DNA of 44,410 bases, from positions 1 through 44,410 of IMG/VR virus record IMGVR_UViG_3300042923_000933. One strand, 5' to 3'. Below the pieces are notes generated by a model, which searched no databases, was not told where the DNA came from, and saw only the letters and a list, made by a program, of their open reading frames with translations. How positions within the stretch are numbered: the first letter of the stretch is position 1; each line of letters begins with the position of its first letter. The translations under genes and the position numbers were made by a program. This stretch comes from a virus. Lineage: Duplodnaviria; Caudoviricetes. This document shows, one piece after another, positions 26,507 to 36,273 of this stretch.

Positions 26507-26635
26507 ATGAAAGTACCACCTAGAAAGAGAAAAGAGGTTATCAAACTTCGTGAACAAGGTAAGACCTATACAGCAATAAGCTTGTTTACTGGTGTACCTA
26601 GGGATGATGTACAGGGAATTATAAAAGGTAAATAA
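26507..26635 (+). CDS. Small HTH-like protein (42 aa, not in ORF track)
   Basis: MKVPPRKRKEVIKLREQGKTYTAISLFTGVPRDDVQGIIKGK. Confidence 0.55.
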   Translation: MKVPPRKRKEVIKLREQGKTYTAISLFTGVPRDDVQGIIKGK

Positions 26636-26667
26636 TACAGAATATTTTGAATATAAGGAGAGAAATT

Positions 26668-27675
26668 ATGACAAAGATAAAAGGTTTTAAGGTATTTAAG
26701 CCAGATTGGACATGTAGAGATTTTCAATATAAAGTTGGAAAAACTTACAAAATAGATGGAGAATTACAGATGTGTAACAATGGATTCCACTTTTGTACTA
26801 AACCTGCTGACTGCTTTAATTACTATGGTTTTAATAGCAATAATAAGGTGGCAGAAATAGAAGCTGTAGGAAAAGTTTTAACTAGCAGTGAGGATAGTAA
26901 GTGCGTTACGGACAAAATAAAAATAGTTAGGGAAATAGGCTGGCATGAAGTACTTGACATTGTAAATACAGGCAATAACAACACTGGGCTAAGCAATAGT
27001 GGTGACATGAATAGTGGTAACAGCAATAGTGGTAACAGCAATAGTGGTGACATGAATAGTGGTGACAGGAATAGTGGTTACATGAATAGTGGTTACATGA
27101 ATAGTGGTAACAGCAATAGTGGTAACAGCAATAGTGGTAACAGCAATAGTGGTAACAGCAATAGTGGTAACATGAATAGTGGTAACAGCAATAGTGGTAA
27201 CAGCAATAGTGGTAACAGCAATAGTGGTGACATGAATAGTGGTGACAGGAATAGTGGTGACAGCAATAGTGGTGACATGAATAGTGGTGACAGCAATAGT
27301 GGTTACAGGAATAGTGGTGACTTTAACTCTTGCAATTATTCTAGTGGAGTATTTTGCATCGAAACGCCAAAGCTTCTTATGTTTGACAAACCAACAGATA
27401 TGACTTTAGAAGATTGGAGAAATAGCGAGCCTTGTACTATACTTAGAAAGTTTGCTCTAACAGAATGGATTAATGAAGATGATATGACAGATGAAGAAAA
27501 AGAGCAGCATGAAGAATATAAGACCATTGGTGGTTATTTAAGGACCTACACATACAAAGAAGCATGGGGGAATCTTTGGAACAGCTTAGACATTAAAGAA
27601 AAAGATATTATACAGAGAATACCTAATTTTAGCAAAGACAAATTTTATGAAATTACAGGTATAAAAATAAAGTAA
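26668..27675 (+). CDS. Pentapeptide (NSGxx) repeat protein with conserved phage N-terminal domain
   Basis: KGFKVF..DWTCR.FQY..G..C..GFHFC N-domain; 22 NSGxx repeats; C-terminal IPNF....FYEITGI. Confidence 0.85.
   Translation: MTKIKGFKVFKPDWTCRDFQYKVGKTYKIDGELQMCNNGFHFCTKPADCFNYYGFNSNNKVAEIEAVGKVLTSSEDSKCVTDKIKIVREIGWHEVLDIVNTGNNNTGLSNSGDMNSGNSNSGNSNSGDMNSGDRNSGYMNSGYMNSGNSNSGNSNSGNSNSGNSNSGNMNSGNSNSGNSNSGNSNSGDMNSGDRNSGDSNSGDMNSGDSNSGYRNSGDFNSCNYSSGVFCIETPKLLMFDKPTDMTLEDWRNSEPCTILRKFALTEWINEDDMTDEEKEQHEEYKTIGGYLRTYTYKEAWGNLWNSLDIKEKDIIQRIPNFSKDKFYEITGIKIK
26995..27324 (+). repeat. 15-bp coding tandem repeat, 22 units
   Basis: AATAGTGGT-(A/G/T)AC-(AGC/ATG/AGG); last unit ends TTT. Confidence 0.95.
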
Positions 27676-27694
27676 ATATAATGGAGGGTTTAAT

Positions 27695-27907
27695 ATGGAT
27701 ACAGGATATGTATTTGATATTACTAAAGAAGGAGAAGTTATATTTACAAAGGATGAAGAAGCACAATTTAGTACATTAGAAGAATTAGAATTACAAATAG
27801 CAGAAAGTTTTACATACTCATGTGTAGATGCAGAGGAATATGCTAGGAAATTAAAATATCTGTGTTTGACAGAATATTCAAATAAATTTAAGGAGGCAAA
27901 TATATGA
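27695..27907 (+). CDS. Hypothetical protein
   Basis: GGAGGG RBS; early operon. Confidence 0.65.
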   Translation: MDTGYVFDITKEGEVIFTKDEEAQFSTLEELELQIAESFTYSCVDAEEYARKLKYLCLTEYSNKFKEANI

Positions 27908-28458
27908 TTAAAAAAAGAAAACTAATGGAATTTATAGATGCGGTAGAGAAAAAAGCTGTAGGTAGTGTAGAAAAAAGATACCAAAAGGTTATAGATGAAG
28001 AACAGTCAAGAATATTAAACGATGGTGGTTATACAAATAAGATAGAGGAATTACAGGATATCATTAACTCCTTACTTAGTAAGCATAGAGAATTAATATC
28101 GGATATGCATGACAATAAAATTGTGCATTACACTGGAATTGGATGCTGGGACACTTTGGATTATGAAATTAGAGGATTTGATGGGAAAGGTTATATCAAA
28201 AAAGTTTTAGATAAGTGCATGTTTGACGGAGGTTCTGTAGAAAAGATAAGAAATAAAAGAGACAAAGAGATACAAGCTGTGAAAGATAATTACAACAAAG
28301 TAAGAATTATATGTGATAGAAAAGCAAATGGCTCACAAATAGCTGAATATTTAAAAGGCTTAGGTTTTGACATATCTAGTTTAGAAAAAGATGAAAGCAA
28401 GGCATTAACAGTTGAAATAGACAAATCCAAATTGTTTGTATGTGGTGAAAATAAATAA
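27904..28458 (+). CDS. Hypothetical protein
   Basis: 184 aa, coupled to the upstream gene. Confidence 0.75.
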   Translation: MIKKRKLMEFIDAVEKKAVGSVEKRYQKVIDEEQSRILNDGGYTNKIEELQDIINSLLSKHRELISDMHDNKIVHYTGIGCWDTLDYEIRGFDGKGYIKKVLDKCMFDGGSVEKIRNKRDKEIQAVKDNYNKVRIICDRKANGSQIAEYLKGLGFDISSLEKDESKALTVEIDKSKLFVCGENK

Positions 28459-28471
28459 GGAGGTGAGATAA

Positions 28472-28612
28472 TTGAGACCAAAAACGCACGAAAAGGAGCT
28501 GATAAGAAAATTAGGACTAGCAGTTAAGAATTTTACAATAGTGTATCGAGGATATGACCATATAACTTGCAGGAATAAGAAAACAGGTAGATTACTTGTT
28601 ATTAGATATTAG
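28472..28612 (+). CDS. Small basic hypothetical protein (46 aa, TTG start)
   Basis: AAGGAGGTG RBS; MRPKTHEKELIRKLGL..RNKKTGRLLVIRY. Confidence 0.6.
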   Translation: MRPKTHEKELIRKLGLAVKNFTIVYRGYDHITCRNKKTGRLLVIRY

Positions 28613-28621
28613 GAGGTTGAT

Positions 28622-28777
28622 ATGAAGGTATTAGGGATATGTAGCTTATTAATAGTAGTTGTATTAATTATAGTTACATTTAAGAAATTTAACAAGAAAG
28701 ACGATGCAGAGAATACTTTAACTTTAGTAGGATTAGTAACAGTAGGATTATATATAGCAAAATTAGTTATTGGATAG
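28622..28777 (+). CDS. Small two-TM membrane protein (51 aa)
   Basis: AGGAGGT RBS; two hydrophobic segments. Confidence 0.65.
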   Translation: MKVLGICSLLIVVVLIIVTFKKFNKKDDAENTLTLVGLVTVGLYIAKLVIG

Positions 28778-28782
28778 GAGAG

Positions 28783-29028
28783 ATGGATATGAAATATAGA
28801 ATAAATGTAAATGAAAGAACAGAGTTTAATCATTCAATTATAATTAAATCTGATGCGTCAAATATATATACAGTACTGGATAATGCAGAAGGTCAAGAAT
28901 CTTTAGAAGATACAATTTACAGTTTAAAAGAAAATGGATGCAAAGTTTTGAAAGTAGACAGAGATGAAAGTGGGAGCAATGTTGGAATTGAAATTGACGA
29001 TATGAATGAAATAAAAGAAGGCGAATAA
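28783..29028 (+). CDS. Hypothetical protein
   Basis: ORF with RBS in early operon. Confidence 0.65.
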   Translation: MDMKYRINVNERTEFNHSIIIKSDASNIYTVLDNAEGQESLEDTIYSLKENGCKVLKVDRDESGSNVGIEIDDMNEIKEGE

Positions 29029-29029
29029 C

Positions 29030-29230
29030 ATGGATAAGTCTACAGAAACAGCCTTATATAAAATTCAGGATTTGGTCCAAAACGAAGGACTTAGTATAAA
29101 AGAGGCTACAGAAAAGGTTGAGCATGACTTAAATATTGACAAAGGAGAATTCTATGACGAAGAAACTGGCGAGACTATTGGAGATATAGAACATGCTAAT
29201 GATGCACAGATTAAGAATTTACTTAGATAG
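29030..29230 (+). CDS. Hypothetical protein
   Basis: Tightly packed ORF. Confidence 0.6.
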   Translation: MDKSTETALYKIQDLVQNEGLSIKEATEKVEHDLNIDKGEFYDEETGETIGDIEHANDAQIKNLLR

Positions 29231-29243
29231 GAGATGAAAAATT

Positions 29244-29510
29244 ATGTGGATTAGAACTCAAGATAGTAAAGCTTTAGTTAATGTTAATGCTGTTTTTATC
29301 GAAAGCCCAGAAATAATAATGTCACTTGATGATACACCATCTGTTGATATTATGGGAGGTTACTACACACTTGGATCATACACAAAAGAAAGAGCGATAG
29401 AAGTATTAAATGATATACAAAGACAACTTGTGGTAGGAATTTCTTATGACACACTATACCATGGAAGGAGAGATATACATCAAAAGGTATTTAATATGCC
29501 AGAGAAATAA
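29244..29510 (+). CDS. Hypothetical phage protein (MWIRTQ.. type)
   Basis: MWIRTQD..LV and LG.Y..ERA.EVL.DI motifs, ending MPEK. Confidence 0.7.
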   Translation: MWIRTQDSKALVNVNAVFIESPEIIMSLDDTPSVDIMGGYYTLGSYTKERAIEVLNDIQRQLVVGISYDTLYHGRRDIHQKVFNMPEK

Positions 29511-29592
29511 AAAAGCCCTCGAAAGGGCATACACAAATTACGTTATCTTATTCTAACACATGAATGAGTAATAAATCAAATTGGAGGGAAAT

Positions 29593-29814
29593 ATGGGAGA
29601 TATATCAGAAATGATTATGGAAGGTGTTCTGTGTGAAAGATGTGGATGCTTAATAGAAGATTTAATTCAAAAGGGTACTGATAAATTATTGCCTGGTCCA
29701 GGATATCCGCGCTTATGCGATGATTGCCAAAAGGGGGATGCCGATGAGAATAAGGGAAAAGGTAAAAATAAAAGGCACAGACATAAAAGCAGTAATAATA
29801 CAAATAGGTCCTAA
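29593..29814 (+). CDS. Small zinc-finger protein
   Basis: CERCG..PGYPRLCDDC. Confidence 0.65.
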   Translation: MGDISEMIMEGVLCERCGCLIEDLIQKGTDKLLPGPGYPRLCDDCQKGDADENKGKGKNKRHRHKSSNNTNRS

Positions 29815-29908
29815 AGGATTGTGTATGTTATCTTCCAAAGAATTTGGAGCATTTGATAGAACTGTATATGGACCATGGGAACTTGAAAAAATCGAGGAGG
29901 AAAAATAA
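29744..29908 (+). CDS. Hypothetical protein
   Basis: MRIREKVKIKG..YGPWELEK; coupled to the next gene. Confidence 0.5.
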   Translation: MRIREKVKIKGTDIKAVIIQIGPKGLCMLSSKEFGAFDRTVYGPWELEKIEEEK

Positions 29909-30402
29909 TGGCAAAACTGTATGAGATAAGCGAGAGATATAAGAACTTAGAAAATTTGTTGGACAATCCAGATATCAAGAATTTTAAGCAGGACTTAGAT
30001 AGGTCTCTAAATGAAATAGACGAGGAATTTAATGTTAAAGTTGAGAATATTGCAAAACTTATAAAGTCAACTGAGGCAGATATTGGAGGAATTGACGGAG
30101 AGATAAAAAGATTGCAGCAGCGTAAAAAAACTTATGGCAATATGGTAGCAAATTTGAAAGCTTATATATTTGACCAAATGGTGGCTTTAAAGAAGAAAAG
30201 TATCAAGGGTAATCTATTTACTCTTACGGTCAGAAAAAATCCACCTACGGTTAATATAATGGACGAGGACATCATCCCAGAGAAATATAAGATACCACAG
30301 CCATATAAATTGGACAAAAAAGCTATGCTAGCAGATTTAAAACAAGATATAGAGATAGATGGTGCAGATATTAAACAGAATACAGGACTACAAATTAGAT
30401 AG
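29908..30402 (+). CDS. Siphovirus Gp157-family protein
   Basis: MAKLYEI, K.ENIAK.I, EIKRL, RKNPP.V.I.DE..IP..Y, DKK, GA..L.IR. Confidence 0.88.
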   Translation: MAKLYEISERYKNLENLLDNPDIKNFKQDLDRSLNEIDEEFNVKVENIAKLIKSTEADIGGIDGEIKRLQQRKKTYGNMVANLKAYIFDQMVALKKKSIKGNLFTLTVRKNPPTVNIMDEDIIPEKYKIPQPYKLDKKAMLADLKQDIEIDGADIKQNTGLQIR

Positions 30403-30413
30403 GAGGATAAATA

Positions 30414-31280
30414 ATGGAAAACGCAATAGTACAGCAGGATAACCAAGTTACGAGTTTATTAGATAGTGTAGATATAGGACAGGTTAAAGATATGTTGAGT
30501 AAGATATTACAATTCCAAACAGTAATTCAGAATACATTAAAAGAAGGACATGATTATGGAGAAATTGGGGGAGTAACAAAACCGACTTTACTTAAACCAG
30601 GGGCAGAAAAAATACTTATGCTCATGGGACTTTCAAGTGAATATGACTTCATGGAAAAGATTGAAAATTACGAAAAAGGAATATTTGCTTATACCATAAA
30701 GTGCATATTAAGAAAAAATGGGAACAAGATAACTGAGGGTGTTGGAAGCTGCAATTCGAAAGAGGACAAGTACCGTTGGAGGTGGATAAGAGAAGATGAT
30801 TTACCTGCAGGAGCAGATATAACTACCTTAAAAAGTAAAACAGACAACTGGGGACATACAAAATATAAGATTGAAAATGATGATATATGTAGCCAAGCTA
30901 ATACTATTTTGAAGATGGCAAAGAAAAGAGCACAGATAGATGCGACACTTACAGTAGCAAGCCTTTCAGAGATATTTACGCAGGACATTGAAGATATGTC
31001 ACAGTTCCAAGAAAAAGAGAATATGGACAATATGAAAGCTAATGAAGTAGTAAATATTCAAGTGAGATTTGGTAAGCACAAGGGAAAAACTTTAGGACAG
31101 ATAATGTCTGAAGCTCCTGACTATATAGAATGGTTAGCAAAGAACGCCAAAGAACCTTCTATGAGAAAAGCATGCTCTATGATTTTGAATAACAAAGATA
31201 GCAAACCTGCAAGTAATACTCCACCAGAACCGCCACAAGATGATGTTCCACCTGTAGATGATGCAGACTTACCTTTTTGA
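30414..31280 (+). CDS. Putative single-strand annealing/recombination protein
   Basis: DYG.I...KPTLLKPGAEKI, EGVGSCNSKE, NTILKMAKKRA.IDA; FGKHKGKTL..YIEW domain; acidic DLPF tail. Confidence 0.7.
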   Translation: MENAIVQQDNQVTSLLDSVDIGQVKDMLSKILQFQTVIQNTLKEGHDYGEIGGVTKPTLLKPGAEKILMLMGLSSEYDFMEKIENYEKGIFAYTIKCILRKNGNKITEGVGSCNSKEDKYRWRWIREDDLPAGADITTLKSKTDNWGHTKYKIENDDICSQANTILKMAKKRAQIDATLTVASLSEIFTQDIEDMSQFQEKENMDNMKANEVVNIQVRFGKHKGKTLGQIMSEAPDYIEWLAKNAKEPSMRKACSMILNNKDSKPASNTPPEPPQDDVPPVDDADLPF

Positions 31281-31349
31281 GGAATTAAGACAAATGGAAC
31301 TAGATACCTATAAAGATATATTAATTAGCACTAGATAGAAGGTGAATAG

Positions 31350-32162
31350 ATGGCAAAAAGATACTACTGGCTTAAACTAAATGAAAACTTCTTTGAAAGG
31401 GATGAAATTAAGGTTATAGAAAATAGTTCTAATGGTAAAGACTATATAATTTTCTACTTGAAGCTCTTACTTAAATCTATCTCTAGTGAAGGAAAATTAA
31501 AATTCAGAAATGTTATTCCGTATACTCCTGATATGTTGTCAAGTATTACAGGCACAAATATTGATACTGTCAGGGTTGCAATAAAGATGTTTACAGACTT
31601 GGGACTTATGGAGGTATGGGATGATGGAACAATTTTCATGATGGAAACTCAAAACATGACGGGGTCTGAAACTGAATGGGCTAAAAAGAAGAGAGAATAT
31701 AGAAATAAGATTGAAAATACTAAAATCGAAGGACAAAGTCCTCAACTTGTCCTAGACAAAAAAGACGAAGTCCGACAAGAGAAAGATATAGATATAGATA
31801 TAGATATAGATAAAGAATTAGATAATAAGAGAGAGAGTAAAGAGAAAGATTCTTCTCTCTCAAGCAAAGCAATAGAGTTATGTAAATATTGGCAAGAGTT
31901 AAAGCCTAATGAATCTATAACTAAAGACTTAACTACTCTAAAAACTTTTATAGAACAATATGGATTGGATTGGACTAAAGAAGCTATGCAAATTACAGCA
32001 CAGAAGAAAAACAAATTTATTCCAGGTTACGTTTCTAAGATACTAAAAAATTGGTTAGTAGAAGGAAAGGAGGAAATCCATGAACAAAATACAAATACCA
32101 GCCCTAAAAAGAATAATGCAGGGTGTAAATATGACTTCAACAAACTCGACAGCAACGAATGA
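31350..32162 (+). CDS. Phage replisome organiser (lytic replication initiator)
   Basis: YYWLKL.ENFF..IIFYLKLLL N-domain; (GATATA)n linker; DnaD-like Y..KILKNW. Confidence 0.88.
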   Translation: MAKRYYWLKLNENFFERDEIKVIENSSNGKDYIIFYLKLLLKSISSEGKLKFRNVIPYTPDMLSSITGTNIDTVRVAIKMFTDLGLMEVWDDGTIFMMETQNMTGSETEWAKKKREYRNKIENTKIEGQSPQLVLDKKDEVRQEKDIDIDIDIDKELDNKRESKEKDSSLSSKAIELCKYWQELKPNESITKDLTTLKTFIEQYGLDWTKEAMQITAQKKNKFIPGYVSKILKNWLVEGKEEIHEQNTNTSPKKNNAGCKYDFNKLDSNE

Positions 32163-32895
32163 TGTATGCCCTATATGCAATGGCACGACATGGGTAGAAA
32201 CGAAACAGGGATATAAAAGATGCCAATGTTATAAAAAAGAATTATCCGAAAGACTTTGGAAAGGCTTTGGCGTGGATCCCAGTAAAGTAAAAAAACTAAA
32301 TGACTATAAAGCGTACAAAGAATTACCGGCTACACAAAAAGTTAAAGATAAAGCTTTAAATTATATAAAAAACTTTGAAAAAATAATACTTGAAGAAAAA
32401 AATAGTTTCGGATTATTCGGACAGCCAGGGGCAGGTAAAAGCCATATTGTAATAGCTATAGGAGCAGCACTGTTAAAGAAAAACATACAGGTTATATATA
32501 TGCCTTATCTTGAAGCAATGAGAGAACTGAAAGCTAATACGAATGATGATGAATATTATTTAAAACTTTCAAACAGATACAAAAAAGCTAAAGTATTGAT
32601 TATAGATGATTTATTCAAAGATAAAGTGAGAAATGGACAGCTCCTTAAAGATAGATACGGTAATTATGTAGGACTAACTGAGGCAGATGTTAAACATATA
32701 ATGCCTATCTTGAACTATAGATACTTAAACTACATACCAACATTGATAAGTACTGAATGTACTCCAAGCATACTCGTAGAACTTGATGAAGCGTTATCTG
32801 GAAGAATAGTTGAATCTTGTGGAGACAATAGAGTTGTGTTTAATAAAAGTGAATACAATTACCGAATGAGAGAATTTATGAAAGGGGAAGGTTAA
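32080..32895 (+). CDS. DnaC/IstB-like helicase loader ATPase
   Basis: CPICNG..RCQC; Walker A GQPGAGKSH; LIIDDLFK; NYRY..PT.ISTE. Confidence 0.9.
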   Translation: MNKIQIPALKRIMQGVNMTSTNSTATNDVCPICNGTTWVETKQGYKRCQCYKKELSERLWKGFGVDPSKVKKLNDYKAYKELPATQKVKDKALNYIKNFEKIILEEKNSFGLFGQPGAGKSHIVIAIGAALLKKNIQVIYMPYLEAMRELKANTNDDEYYLKLSNRYKKAKVLIIDDLFKDKVRNGQLLKDRYGNYVGLTEADVKHIMPILNYRYLNYIPTLISTECTPSILVELDEALSGRIVESCGDNRVVFNKSEYNYRMREFMKGEG

Positions 32896-32897
32896 AA

Positions 32898-33398
32898 ATG
32901 CCAGCGAAACTTTGGACAAGATGGACACAATCACAAATTGAATACTTTAAGGCTAATTATTATACTAAAACTAACGTACAAATGTCTGCAATACTTGGGG
33001 TAAGCTATAGTTCTTTAAGATGTAAAGCTAGAGCATTAGGCATGGCAGATAAAAGGAAATTAGGGTTAAGTAAGGGAATCCCAAAAGGGAAATATACTAG
33101 AAAAACAAGTTCAAAAGAGGTATTAAATTATGGACCTGGTCCAGATACAATGTTAGAGGCAAAAGGTAGAAAAAACATTCTCAGTATACAAGATATTAAA
33201 AATAGATTACAAAGAGGCAAGAAAATAAAGCTCCAGTGCAGAGAAATAGGTAAAGTAGGTAGACCTGTGATAAGACATTTTAGAGGGAAACTATTAGATA
33301 AAACAGACTTCTTTCTAGTAGTAAAAGGTAAAAATTATACAGAATGTTTCAAATATTCGGATATACTAATCGGAAAAACTATATTGGAGGAGTATTAA
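32898..33398 (+). CDS. HTH plus Veg-like domain hypothetical protein
   Basis: WT..Q..Y...NY..A.LG HTH; C-terminal G....KT..F..V....Y.ECFKYSD.L. Confidence 0.6.
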   Translation: MPAKLWTRWTQSQIEYFKANYYTKTNVQMSAILGVSYSSLRCKARALGMADKRKLGLSKGIPKGKYTRKTSSKEVLNYGPGPDTMLEAKGRKNILSIQDIKNRLQRGKKIKLQCREIGKVGRPVIRHFRGKLLDKTDFFLVVKGKNYTECFKYSDILIGKTILEEY

Positions 33399-33766
33399 TG
33401 GCTACAGCAGAGCAGTTAAATACAATAAAAGACAATTGGACAAAGCTAACCTTAAAAGAGATAGGAGAACTTACAGGATATAGTCAAAGTAGTGTAAGAA
33501 GATTGGGAAACAAAATGGGACTTGTAAGAGGTAGAAGCTTATCAAGTTGGGATTTTATAAGCAAAGATATTATTCAAGAAATGGCAGACAAGTTTTACAT
33601 AGGGCAGAAATTAAAATTAAAAATGCATGCATCTGCAAGAGAAGAAAAAATAGTACATGGGAAAGTACTCTATAAGACCAGACACTTTATAACAGTAAAA
33701 ATAAATCAATATAAAGAAAGTTTTAAGTATATAGATTTTCTACTGGGAGATATAGAGGTATTATAG
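33398..33766 (+). CDS. Paralogue of the preceding gene
   Basis: HTH LKEIGELTGYSQSSVRR; GKV.YKT.HF.TV...YKESFKY.D.L. Confidence 0.6.
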   Translation: MATAEQLNTIKDNWTKLTLKEIGELTGYSQSSVRRLGNKMGLVRGRSLSSWDFISKDIIQEMADKFYIGQKLKLKMHASAREEKIVHGKVLYKTRHFITVKINQYKESFKYIDFLLGDIEVL

Positions 33767-33878
33767 TTAAATTTTAAGCAAGGACAGGCTGTATTTAATA
33801 AAAATTAACTTAGAGGCATATTTATATGCCTAAAATAAAAAATTGCTTAGAACTGAGATATGGAAGGATGATAAACAA

Positions 33879-34250
33879 ATGCGTGATATTAAGTTTAGAG
33901 TGTGGGATATTTTAAATAAAAAGATGCTTGAATGGGGAGACATATTTGATTTACCTGCATGGGAGATATTTCCGGGAACACCAGAGCAAAGACCGTTTGA
34001 AGTTATGCAGTATACAGGTTTGAAAGATAGGAAAGGAAAAGACATTTTTGAAGGCGATATAGTAGCAGAGGGCACAATTAATTATGTTGTTGCTTTTTAT
34101 GCGGGCTCATGGCGTTTAAAACAAAATATAGACGGTGATACATGGTGGAAATCTTTATATAGATATGTTGCCAACTTTAGGGTAGAAGTTATCGGCAATA
34201 TCTATGAGAATCCAGAATTTTTGAAGGAGGATAAGATAGATGTTAACTGA
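33879..34250 (+). CDS. YopX family protein
   Basis: IKFRVWD, MQYTGLKD..GK.IFEGDIV, EVIGNIYENPE. Confidence 0.9.
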   Translation: MRDIKFRVWDILNKKMLEWGDIFDLPAWEIFPGTPEQRPFEVMQYTGLKDRKGKDIFEGDIVAEGTINYVVAFYAGSWRLKQNIDGDTWWKSLYRYVANFRVEVIGNIYENPEFLKEDKIDVN

Positions 34251-34704
34251 AAAACAAAAATCAGATAGTGAAAAATGTAACTTTGCTGCAGAAAGAGGAG
34301 ATGATATTGATTGTTCCAGTTGTAGTTGCAAATTATGTTTAGCTTATGAAAATCACTTTACTTTAGGAAATTTCTTAGAAATGCAGAAAAAGTTAGGAGA
34401 TACTCTTATAGAGGGACAGCATAAAAGAGAGCCAAATAATCCTGTAGGTGGCAAAGAACTTTTAACAAATACTCTCTTAGGATTGCAAGTGGAAGTGTCT
34501 GAACTAGCACAGGCAACTAGATGCTTTAAATATTGGAGTACAAAGCCACCAGAAAGCAGGGAAAGAATTCTTGAAGAATATGTAGATGTATTCCATATGA
34601 TGTTGTGTTTTGCTAACCAAATGGGATTTACTCAAGAAGAAATAGAAAATGCATATCTAAAGAAAAACAAAGTTAACTATAAAAGGCAACAGGAAGGGTA
34701 CTAG
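34240..34704 (+). CDS. Dimeric dUTPase / all-alpha NTP pyrophosphatase
   Basis: LQVEVSELA..TRCFKYWS, EEYVDVFH, Y..KN.VN..RQ..GY. Confidence 0.8.
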   Translation: MLTEKQKSDSEKCNFAAERGDDIDCSSCSCKLCLAYENHFTLGNFLEMQKKLGDTLIEGQHKREPNNPVGGKELLTNTLLGLQVEVSELAQATRCFKYWSTKPPESRERILEEYVDVFHMMLCFANQMGFTQEEIENAYLKKNKVNYKRQQEGY

Positions 34705-34960
34705 ATTAAGCGAGAACAAGCCTTAAATCGAATAAAAACATAAAGAGATATAATTATACCTTTAAACGTAAGATAGCTTTAAATTAGCTGTATTAGAGTT
34801 TTAGAGTAGTAGAAAAGTAGGAGGGATGTCTATGTATAAGTGTATAAAAGGTTTTTCACTTGAAAAATGCGACGATGATGTATTTATGATATCTACTACA
34901 AAAACAAAGAGAATGTTAAGTGTAGAGAGGATAAATGTAGAGATAGTGGAGGGATAAATA

Positions 34961-35656
34961 TTGAAAATACTTGTAGGGCAAATTAAAAGAGATACCAATT
35001 CGGGTTATAAAAATCTTGCAGGAATGACCATAGCAGGAACTCAACTATATGAAGATGATAATGAATTATGTGCACTACAGCCTCTAACACTTGAAGACAT
35101 GGAGAGATTCTATAAATCAAGCTATGAAGGATTAAAAAATGATATATCAGAAGATTATGACTACTGCATACGGTATTTACTTGACGGTAATTGTGAATTT
35201 GTTTCTAGTATGCCCTTAGATACTTTGAAAAATATAAGAGAATATACAAAAGCAGATGATGAGATATATGCAAAAAACATCAAAGAATTTAAAAAAAGAC
35301 ATAATTTCTATGAAATAGATAAGGCACTTAAAAATGAAGAAGAAGTCCAGAAAAAGGCTAATGAAAAATTTGATAAATTACCTAAGGAAAAAATAACAGT
35401 ACCGATTATAAATGGCAATGAAACTGTAGATGCAGTTACATACAAAGGATTTGCGGTTCACTATCCTCTTAAATGTAAAGGAAGTAAATATAAGGCTGTA
35501 ACTGCCATAGATGGAGAATATAAGGGGCTACTACTAACTGAATGTAAAACAACGGAATATAAAAATCTTATTGATGAAGTAAGAAAAGCTATAGGAGACA
35601 GGCCACCACGAGAAAGTGACAAAGAAAAGTTAATTGAAATCGTGAAGAAATATTAG
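34961..35656 (+). CDS. Hypothetical protein
   Basis: 231 aa; GGAGG RBS; TTG start. Confidence 0.7.
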   Translation: MKILVGQIKRDTNSGYKNLAGMTIAGTQLYEDDNELCALQPLTLEDMERFYKSSYEGLKNDISEDYDYCIRYLLDGNCEFVSSMPLDTLKNIREYTKADDEIYAKNIKEFKKRHNFYEIDKALKNEEEVQKKANEKFDKLPKEKITVPIINGNETVDAVTYKGFAVHYPLKCKGSKYKAVTAIDGEYKGLLLTECKTTEYKNLIDEVRKAIGDRPPRESDKEKLIEIVKKY

Positions 35657-36021
35657 AAAGGGGGATAAGCATTGGATATTAAACCAGATACTAAAGTAGA
35701 ACTAAAAAGTGGGACAAAAGCTAAAGTGATGGGACAATTACAAGATGGTAGATATATGGTACTGGGTAGTAGGAAAGGAGATATATTATATTGCAAAGAG
35801 AAGGACATTGCAAGTGTAAAAGACAAATAGAGTGTGACTTATGTAAGAAAAAGATATCTTATTGTAAAAGAATCGAGATGGTAAACAAGACAAATAACAA
35901 TAAGCTAAATGTTTGTAAAGAATGCTATGACGAATTTTTTAAAAATATTGAAAATTAAGATATATGCAATATAACAACACTAATACAGATAAATATAATC
36001 TAACTGTATTAGTGTAGCCCA

Positions 36022-36180
36022 CTATTTCTCAATAGATTCTAAGAATGATTTGATAGATTTATCTAATAATCGAGAAATTGGTATACCACTTTCCTTAGAA
36101 TATATTTTAAGAGCTTCATACAATTTTTTATCAACTGCACTATTTGGAATTACCCTATTTTTTAGTTTGGGATTTCCCAT
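36022..36180 (-). CDS. Ribbon-helix-helix protein (RHH_3-like), 52 aa, not in ORF track
   Basis: MGNPKLKNRVIPNSAVDKKLYEALKIYSKESGIPISRLLDKSIKSFLESIEK; GAGGTG RBS; divergent from tnpB. Confidence 0.8.
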   Translation of the reverse strand: MGNPKLKNRVIPNSAVDKKLYEALKIYSKESGIPISRLLDKSIKSFLESIEK

Positions 36181-36273
36181 AAATATCACCTCAAAAATAT
36201 TATATTATTTTTACAATTAACTGTCAATTGACGGTCACTTATGATATAATATATGTAGGAGGTGAGATAGAAA

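Noticed and set aside
26995-27324. CRISPR array or DGR-mutated region
   Set aside because: 15-bp period with no unique spacers, in frame within a CDS, and no similarity to TR.
31790-31812. (GATATA)n microsatellite as a phase-variation tract
   Set aside because: In-frame DIDIDID linker common in phage replisome organisers, near the lytic origin.
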